Part shown: positions 1 to 5,478 of the stretch, piece after piece
Position numbering within the stretch: position 1 is the stretch's first letter
Layout: the number at the start of each line of letters is the position of its first letter
NCBI GenBank assembly: GCA_038826135.1
Contig: JAWBON010000058.1
Coordinates: 1-7,286, forward strand
Length of the DNA stretch: 7,286 nt
Direction: 5' to 3'
From: Candidatus Odinarchaeota archaeon
GTDB lineage: Archaea; Asgardarchaeota; Odinarchaeia; Odinarchaeales; Odinarchaeaceae
Made by a program: the position numbers and the translations under genes
Notes under the pieces: model-generated
What the model was told of the DNA's origin: nothing
Databases searched by the model: none
Seen by the model: only the letters and a program-made list of their open reading frames with translations

Positions 1-368
1 GAAAACTCGCTGCAGAAAATGATTTTTTCATAGCTCAAGCGGATCTAATGCCGTTAGTGGGTAAGTTTCTAGGCCCTGCAATAGCGCCTAAGGGTAAAAT
101 GCCGAAGCCTGGAACAGGGATAGTTGCTCCCGGAATCAATATTAAACCGATTGTTGAAAAACTTGGTAAAATCGTCAGACTAAATATGAAGAAGGATCCG
201 ATAATACATGTTAAAATCGGTGATAGAGAGATGAGTGAGGAAGCGTTGGCCGAAAACGCTGCTACTGTAATAAATTTCATTGAAGGAAAACTGGAGCGTG
301 GCAAACAAAATATTAAAAACATGTTCATAAAAACTACGATGGGAGAGCCGGTGAAAATAGAGTTATAG
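1..368 (+). CDS. rpl1: 50S ribosomal protein L1 (uL1), archaeal type, 5'-truncated by the window edge
   Basis: The frame is open from nt 3 (KLAAENDFFIAQADLMPLVGKFLGPAIAPKGKMPKP) to TAG at 366-368. The FFIAQADLMPxVGKxLGPxxxPKGKMPKP and C-terminal KTTMGEPVKI segments match the archaeal L1 consensus. ATG 48 in the ORF track is internal. It lies directly upstream of L10 and L12. Confidence 0.97.
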   Translation, partial: KLAAENDFFIAQADLMPLVGKFLGPAIAPKGKMPKPGTGIVAPGINIKPIVEKLGKIVRLNMKKDPIIHVKIGDREMSEEALAENAATVINFIEGKLERGKQNIKNMFIKTTMGEPVKIEL

Positions 369-373
369 GGGGA
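368..373 (+). promoter_or_regulatory. Shine-Dalgarno-like site for rpl10 (GGGGGA)
   Basis: GGGGGA overlaps the rpl1 stop and ends 6 nt before ATG 380. The ORF-track start TTG 374 would have no spacing from this motif. Confidence 0.6.
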
Positions 374-379
374 TTGAAA

Positions 380-1255
380 ATGAGTTTAGTAGCTAAGCAA
401 AGACCGACCCTGGAAAGAAAGAAAAACTTAGTTCAAGACTTAATTAAGCTCATCAATAAATACAATATAATCGGCTTAATGAGAATGGAGAATATAGGGT
501 TAAAACAACTGCAAAATATAAAGAAGAAGCTTAAAGGTTTAGCAACTATTAAAATGGCTAAGAACAGCGTTATCAAATTAGCGCTCGTAAACAGCGGTAA
601 ACCGGGCTTAGAAAAACTAGCCGAGCATATTAAAGGCCCAACCGCCATCATATTATCTGAGATCAATGGGTTTAAACTGATGCAGTTTATTAAAGAAAAT
701 AAGAGTAAAGCTTATGCTAAACCAGGGATGAAAGCGGATACAGATATTATTATACCTGCAGGTAACACAGGGTTCCAACCGGGACCGATGATAACAGAAC
801 TTAACGATATGGGCTTAAAGACTAAAATAGTTTCAGGCACAATATGGATAGCACAAGACACGCTAGTTGTTAGAGCGGGTGAAGAGATTAGCCGCAAGAT
901 AGCTCTACTATTAACTAGACTGAACATACAGCCTGTAAGCGTGGGATTAGACCTAACCGCTGTCTTTGAAAACGGATTAATATTCGCTAAAACAGATCTC
1001 GACATAAATGTGGAGGAGATTAAAAATCAATTACAACAAGCATACACGTACGCTTATAATCTCTCATTTAATATAGCGTATCCTATGAAGGAGAACATTT
1101 ACCAGTTAATATCTAAAGCATACACTGAAGCCTATAATCTTTCAAGAAACGCTAAGATAATACTACCTGAGACCGTGGGTGAAATACTACTTAGTGCTCA
1201 AAATGAAGCTGACACTCTATATAATATTGTAAGAGAGAGAAACCCTAATATATAA
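380..1255 (+). CDS. rpl10: 50S ribosomal protein L10 / acidic stalk protein P0 (uL10), 291 aa
   Basis: N-terminal rRNA-binding domain (IKMAKNSVIKLAL, IKGPTAII), the archaeal/eukaryotic domain II insertion (AKPGMKADTDIIIPAGNTGFQPGP...KTKIVSGTIWI), three C-terminal spine helices, and position between L1 and L12. Confidence 0.97.
   Translation: MSLVAKQRPTLERKKNLVQDLIKLINKYNIIGLMRMENIGLKQLQNIKKKLKGLATIKMAKNSVIKLALVNSGKPGLEKLAEHIKGPTAIILSEINGFKLMQFIKENKSKAYAKPGMKADTDIIIPAGNTGFQPGPMITELNDMGLKTKIVSGTIWIAQDTLVVRAGEEISRKIALLLTRLNIQPVSVGLDLTAVFENGLIFAKTDLDINVEEIKNQLQQAYTYAYNLSFNIAYPMKENIYQLISKAYTEAYNLSRNAKIILPETVGEILLSAQNEADTLYNIVRERNPNI
1038..1222 (+). repeat. Three in-frame 78-nt (26-codon) repeats encoding P0 spine helices
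   Basis: 1038-1066 AAGCATACACgtacGCtTATAATCTcTCA versus 1116-1144 AAGCATACACtgaaGCcTATAATCTtTCA: 24/29 identical by manual count, offset 78 nt. The peptides are QAYTYAYNLS, KAYTEAYNLS and a diverged third copy SAQNEADTLY starting at 1193, at exact 26-aa spacing. Confidence 0.85.
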
Positions 1256-1274
1256 TCTAATAAAAAGTAAAGTT

Positions 1275-1281
1275 GGAGGTG
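1275..1281 (+). promoter_or_regulatory. Shine-Dalgarno site for rpl12 (GGAGGTG)
   Basis: Perfect archaeal SD motif GGAGGTG 6 nt upstream of ATG 1288. Confidence 0.85.
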
Positions 1282-1287
1282 CGATTA

Positions 1288-1596
1288 ATGGAGACCGTAT
1301 ATGCCGCGATGCTGCTCCATAAAGCAGGTCAAAAGATCACTGAGGAGAGCTTAGGCAATGTTCTAAAAGCCGCCGGTGCTAAGGTTGAAGATGTTAAGTT
1401 GAAAGCTCTAGTAGCAGCGCTTGAAGGGGTTAACATAGATGAGGTTATCAGTAAAGCTGCAGCAGCCCCTGTTGTAACCGCAGCACCAGCCCCAGCAGCT
1501 CAACCAGCAGAGAAGGGTAAACCTGCTAAGAAGGAGGAGGAAGAGAAGAAATCGGAAGAAGAAGTTACAGCCGGATTAGGTGCATTATTCGGCTAA
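1288..1596 (+). CDS. rpl12: 50S ribosomal protein L12 / archaeal stalk protein P1, 102 aa
   Basis: [20 protein letters not shown] matches the archaeal ME(Y)xYAALLLH start. Ala/Pro-rich hinge, acidic patch and GLGALFG C-terminus are present. ATG 1288 follows a perfect SD; the ORF-track TTG 1273 overlaps that SD. Confidence 0.97.
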   Translation: METVYAAMLLHKAGQKITEESLGNVLKAAGAKVEDVKLKALVAALEGVNIDEVISKAAAAPVVTAAPAPAAQPAEKGKPAKKEEEEKKSEEEVTAGLGALFG

Positions 1597-1600
1597 GCGA

Positions 1601-1652
1601 CTTCTTTTCCTTTAATATTTTTGAAGAAGAGATTACTTCTTGTTTTATTTTT
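1601..1652 (+). terminator. Probable terminator of the rpl1-rpl10-rpl12 transcript
   Basis: Pyrimidine/T-rich tracts immediately after the rpl12 stop (CTTCTTTTCCTTT, TATTTTT, GTTTTATTTTT), plus a small hairpin AAGAAG-AGATTA-CTTCTT (1624-1641) followed by a T-run. Oligo-T tracts are the usual archaeal termination signal. Confidence 0.5.
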
Positions 1653-1684
1653 CAAATTACAGTTATAGGTTGAAATCCAGAGCA

Positions 1685-1723
1685 GAATAGTTTTAAAGTA
1701 GAGTTCACGTTCTAAATATTAAG
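1685..1723 (+). promoter_or_regulatory. Candidate TATA box(es) for alaS
   Basis: TTTAAA at 1692-1697 after a purine-rich stretch, and TAAATATT at 1713-1720, in the 187-nt rpl12-alaS spacer. Short AT motifs are common in this sequence, so support is weak. Confidence 0.3.
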
Positions 1724-1783
1724 TGAAACCAAGTCATCTAACAGCTCCACGAGCACAAACCATTAAACAGGATGGAGTTTAAC

Positions 1784-4537
1784 ATGATCCCTAAAGAAGA
1801 GTTGAGAAAACTATTCACTGAGGAGAAATACAGGGTAGCGATATTCAAGAGTGAAGGGTTCACCAGGAAACGCTGTAAAATATGCGGTGCCTATTTTTGG
1901 AGCCTTGATAGTGGAAGAGAAATATGCGGCGACACAGGTTGCATGGGCGGATACATGTTTTTGAAAGACGATTATAAAATGAGAAAAATGAATTTACATC
2001 AGACCATAGAAGACTGGGCGAATTACTTCACTAAAAACGATCATGTTAGAATAAAAGATTACCCGGTGGTGGCTAGGTGGAGGGATGATGTTTTTTTCAC
2101 AATAGCGTCGATAACTGATTTCCAACCCTGGGTTTTAAACGGTACCGTTGAGCCACCCGCACCCTCCCTCATAGTACCTCAGCCGTGTATAAGATTCGGG
2201 GGGAAGGGATTCTGCGATATTGATAATGTAGGTAGAACGGGGAGGCATCTAAGCCTTTTCATAATGGGGGGGCAGCATTCCTTTAACTCCAAGCTTAAAA
2301 AAATAAACGGGTACTGGATGGATAGATGCATAGAACTTAATTATGATTATTTAGTCAACCATCTAAAATTGCCAAAAGAGAAAATAACGTATAAAGAAGA
2401 TGTTTGGCAAGGCGGCGGTAATTTCGGTCCGAGTTTAGAGGTATTCTATAACGGTCTTGAAATTGTTAACAATGTTTTCATGCAGTACGAGTTTAACAGT
2501 AAAGGCGCGTACAGAGAGATGGATTTTAAAGTCATAGATGTAGGTTGGGGTTTAGAAAGATTAACATGGTTAAGTCGAAGAACATTTAACGTATACGATG
2601 CTGTTTTTGACAGAATTGTGGAACAGCTTAAAAAAACAGCAGGAGTAAACATACCACCAGAAATTTTACTAGAATATAATATGCTGTCAGGCCGCGTAGA
2701 TAGAGGGGAGGCCGAGAAGAATAATATAATAAACCAATCGAAAACAACCATGTTAATTAAAGATTACGAGCGGGAGATTGAAAAATTACAGGCTGTTTAC
2801 GCAATAGCCGACCATCTTCGAACATTCATATTCGCATTAGCGGATGGCGCTATACCTTCCAACGTAGGGGGAGGATACAATATAAGAGTTCTCTTAAGAA
2901 GGGTTTTCTCATTGAAGAAAGCTTATTCTCTAAACATAGACTTAGCTGAAATATGCTACGAACATATAAACATGCTTAAGAGAACCTATCCGCGGGTTGA
3001 GAACACGTATCAAACTGTTGAAGACATATTAAAAATAGAATTGGAAAGATATGAAAATACTATTGAGAAAGGCAAAAGATATATTCAAAGCTTACTGGAG
3101 AAAGAGGGCGTAATAGACGCGGATAAAATGAGGGAAATATATGTTTCAAGAGGTATAACACCGGAGACTGTAAAAGAAATAGCTTTAGAATTGAATAAAG
3201 ACGTTACAATTCCCTCCTGCTTCTACCTAGAGCTATCTAATAAAAACGTAGAGGAGACTGTTAAAGAAGAGAAAGAGGATTTAACTAATTATGTTAAAAA
3301 CTTAGAGCCGACTGAAAAATTATATTATGAAACACCCTACGCTAAGAGGTTTAAGGCTAAGGTTGTCAGAAACATTCTAAACAAGTATCTTGTCCTTGAT
3401 AAAACACTCTTCTACCCTGAGGGAGGAGGCCAGATAGGTGACAGCGGCGTTATAAAAGGTGAAAAAATTATAAGAGCGTTTAAAGTTTCTGATGTAATAC
3501 TTCACGAATTATATAACCCCGCTAAAATAGGAGAGGGGGAACAGGTAGAAGGTGAGATTGACTGGGATAGAAGACTGCAATTAATGAGAAATCATACAAG
3601 CGCCCACATAGTCAACAGTGCAGCAAGACACATACTAGGCAAACATGTATGGCAAGCAGGCGCGGAGAAAACACCTGATAGAAGCCGACTCGATGTAACA
3701 CATTATAAACCTTTAACAAGAGATGAAATATTCGCTATTGAAAAACTCTGTAATAAGATAATTTTAGAGAATAGAAAAGTTAGAGTAAAAAATTTAGAGC
3801 GAAATACAGCTGAGAAAAAATACGGGTTTACAATATATCAAGGCGGCGCTGTACCAGGCAGAATACTTAGAATAGTGGAAATAGAAGGCTGGGATGCTGA
3901 AGCATGCGGTGGAACTCATGTAAAAAGAACCGGCGAGATCGGGGTTCTGAAAATAGTAGGCGCTGAAAGAATCCAAGATGGTGTGGTTAGAATAGAATAT
4001 CTTTCAGGGGAGGCTGCCTTAAGCCACATACAAGACCAGGAGAAAGAACTGCGTAAAATCGCGGAGCTATTAGATGTACCTGTCAACCAAGTTTACGCTG
4101 CGACTGAAAAATTCTATAAGCTATCAAAGGAATTAAAGAAAAAAGTGGAGCGAATTCAGAAAACAATAAGCGATGAAAACCTAAATATAAAAATGGTTGA
4201 CCGTCTAGGTGAAAACGAATTTTATACAGGTGTGGTTGAAGAAGCTACGATAAAAGACTTGATCAATATATGCGCTGGTTTGAGAGGTAGATTGAAAAAC
4301 GCTGTACTTTTGCTTTTCGGTAAAAGTAATTCGCTAAATGTGGTGTTAATGCTGCCTGAAAATATTTCTAAAAATATTAACGCGGGTTTAATTATAAAAG
4401 AGGAGCTTAAAGAGTTTGAGGTAAAAGGCGGTGGAAAACCTGAACTCGGTCAAGGAACAGCCCCCTTAAACTCGGATATTGAACGTATAATTTACACTGT
4501 TAAAAATATTCTAAGAAATAAATTAAATTTAAGGTAA
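1784..4537 (+). CDS. alaS: Alanine--tRNA ligase, archaeal type, about 917 aa
   Basis: Archaeal N-terminal Cys cluster (RKRCKICGAYFWS...CGDTGC), VVARWRDDVFFTIASITDFQPW, DIDNVGRTGRH, motif 3 (DVGWGLERL), IADHLRT...DGAIPSN, editing domain (DKTLFYPEGGGQIGD, HTSAH, EACGGTH) and C-Ala GGGKPELGQG. ATG 1784 has GGAG at 1774-1777 upstream; ATG 1772 is the alternative start. Confidence 0.98.
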   Translation: MIPKEELRKLFTEEKYRVAIFKSEGFTRKRCKICGAYFWSLDSGREICGDTGCMGGYMFLKDDYKMRKMNLHQTIEDWANYFTKNDHVRIKDYPVVARWRDDVFFTIASITDFQPWVLNGTVEPPAPSLIVPQPCIRFGGKGFCDIDNVGRTGRHLSLFIMGGQHSFNSKLKKINGYWMDRCIELNYDYLVNHLKLPKEKITYKEDVWQGGGNFGPSLEVFYNGLEIVNNVFMQYEFNSKGAYREMDFKVIDVGWGLERLTWLSRRTFNVYDAVFDRIVEQLKKTAGVNIPPEILLEYNMLSGRVDRGEAEKNNIINQSKTTMLIKDYEREIEKLQAVYAIADHLRTFIFALADGAIPSNVGGGYNIRVLLRRVFSLKKAYSLNIDLAEICYEHINMLKRTYPRVENTYQTVEDILKIELERYENTIEKGKRYIQSLLEKEGVIDADKMREIYVSRGITPETVKEIALELNKDVTIPSCFYLELSNKNVEETVKEEKEDLTNYVKNLEPTEKLYYETPYAKRFKAKVVRNILNKYLVLDKTLFYPEGGGQIGDSGVIKGEKIIRAFKVSDVILHELYNPAKIGEGEQVEGEIDWDRRLQLMRNHTSAHIVNSAARHILGKHVWQAGAEKTPDRSRLDVTHYKPLTRDEIFAIEKLCNKIILENRKVRVKNLERNTAEKKYGFTIYQGGAVPGRILRIVEIEGWDAEACGGTHVKRTGEIGVLKIVGAERIQDGVVRIEYLSGEAALSHIQDQEKELRKIAELLDVPVNQVYAATEKFYKLSKELKKKVERIQKTISDENLNIKMVDRLGENEFYTGVVEEATIKDLINICAGLRGRLKNAVLLLFGKSNSLNVVLMLPENISKNINAGLIIKEELKEFEVKGGGKPELGQGTAPLNSDIERIIYTVKNILRNKLNLR

Positions 4538-4544
4538 GAGTCAG

Positions 4545-5192
4545 ATGAGATTAGAGATTATAGAGGAGGCTGCTAAAGACTTCAGATTCCTACTTTCAAG
4601 AGGATATAATAGGGAGAGTACATTAAAGGTTGTCGGAGACCGCTACCAGCTGGACAAAGTGGAAAGACATGTAATATATAGAAGTGTTTATCCAGCGGAT
4701 ATAGCTGAAGCGGTGGTTAAAAAATCTATAACAGTAAACCAGCTTACGAATAAGGAATTAGCGATAGACGGGTTTAATCAAATCATTACTATCGAATCAA
4801 TATTAAAAGGGGAAGTGATAATTCTATGCGACGACGGCTTTATAAGGGATATATCCGCTGTATTCGAAAAGTTTAAAGCAACTGAGACGACTTTTAAAGC
4901 CTTAAATCTTATCTTTAAAACCTTATCTGAGAAAAAACCTAAAAACACATATTTTTACCTAGACAGCCCTATAAGTAAAAGCGGGAAACTAGCCTATCTT
5001 ATAAACGAGTATTTTAAAAACTACGGTATCACAGGCCAAGCCTCAGCTGTTAAAAATGTTGATAGTGAACTGCTTTCAAAAGATGTTGTAGCTAGCAGCG
5101 ATCACATTATAATAAGTAAAGCGAAACAGGTTACTGATTTAGCGCAAGTGTTTCTAAACCTTTATAGCGGCCGCGTAATATCGTTTAAATAA
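4545..5192 (+). CDS. DUF434-family protein with a PIN/NYN-like C-terminal domain, 215 aa
   Basis: AAKDFRFLLSRGYNRESTLKVVGDRYQL matches the recalled DUF434 N-terminus. IDGFNQIITIE, DDGFIRD, YLDSPISKSGKLA, NVD and SSD are typical of the family's C-terminal part. It starts 7 nt after the alaS stop. Confidence 0.85.
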   Translation: MRLEIIEEAAKDFRFLLSRGYNRESTLKVVGDRYQLDKVERHVIYRSVYPADIAEAVVKKSITVNQLTNKELAIDGFNQIITIESILKGEVIILCDDGFIRDISAVFEKFKATETTFKALNLIFKTLSEKKPKNTYFYLDSPISKSGKLAYLINEYFKNYGITGQASAVKNVDSELLSKDVVASSDHIIISKAKQVTDLAQVFLNLYSGRVISFK

Positions 5193-5200
5193 GGATAATA

Positions 5201-5225
5201 TTTTAATAATTTAGTCATTAAATTA
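5201..5225 (+). promoter_or_regulatory. Candidate tRNA promoter (AT-rich TATA-like elements)
   Basis: TTTAATAA at 5202-5209 and TTAAAT at 5218-5223 lie about 35-55 nt upstream of the tRNA 5' end, a plausible spacing for a short-leader pre-tRNA. The spacer is very AT-rich, so the motif is not specific. Confidence 0.3.
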
Positions 5226-5259
5226 TTTCAAAACATAGTAAATTCGGATAGGAAGACTT

Positions 5260-5334
5260 GGGCCCGTAGCCTAGCCAGGATAGGGCGCTGGCCTTCTAAG
5301 CCAGATGTCGCAGGTTCGAGTCCTGCCGGGCCCG
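5260..5334 (+). tRNA. tRNA-Arg (anticodon UCU), no intron, CCA not encoded
   Basis: Full cloverleaf: acceptor GGGCCCG (5260-5266)/CGGGCCC (5327-5333); D arm GCCT-AGCCAGGATA-GGGC with the Arg identity base A20; anticodon arm CTGGC-CT TCT AA-GCCAG (anticodon 5295-5297); T arm GCAGG-TTCGAGT-CCTGC; discriminator G5334 followed by CTT rather than CCA. Confidence 0.97.
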
Positions 5335-5478
5335 CTTCTCCACACTATAAAATATGAAGAAACATGCTTTTACCACCCGCTTTCCAGGGCATGCTCTTTA
5401 TAGTAACACTCAGTATCGGGTTAAAATCTAATAATCTGTTTACAATAGGCGTAATGAGTGAAAAATGAAGTGTTAAAA

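Noticed and set aside
35-1005. Minus-strand ORFs 35-328, 433-666 and 712-1005
   Set aside because: They are antisense shadows of rpl1 and rpl10 with no recognisable motifs; the plus-strand genes explain the sequence.
3587-3921. Possible loss of AlaRS editing
   Set aside because: Both metal-binding motifs (HTSAH and CGGTH) are intact.
2446-3976. Minus-strand ORFs 2446-2751 and 3794-3976
   Set aside because: They lie wholly inside alaS on the opposite strand and have no family features.
5260-5334. tRNA as an integration site for a mobile element
   Set aside because: I saw no duplicated tRNA 3' fragment and no integrase or other mobile-element gene in the window; the flanking genes are housekeeping.
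5251-5339. Pairing of the tRNA 5' leader (GGAAG) with the 3' trailer (CTTCT)
   Set aside because: Only 5 bp with a 4-nt bulge; no bulge-helix-bulge or split-tRNA geometry.
5454-5468. Tiny ORF MSEK upstream of trm5; one less A in the A5 run would put this ATG in frame
   Set aside because: Homology to Trm5 begins at ATG 5479, which has its own SD-like motif, so no frameshift is needed.
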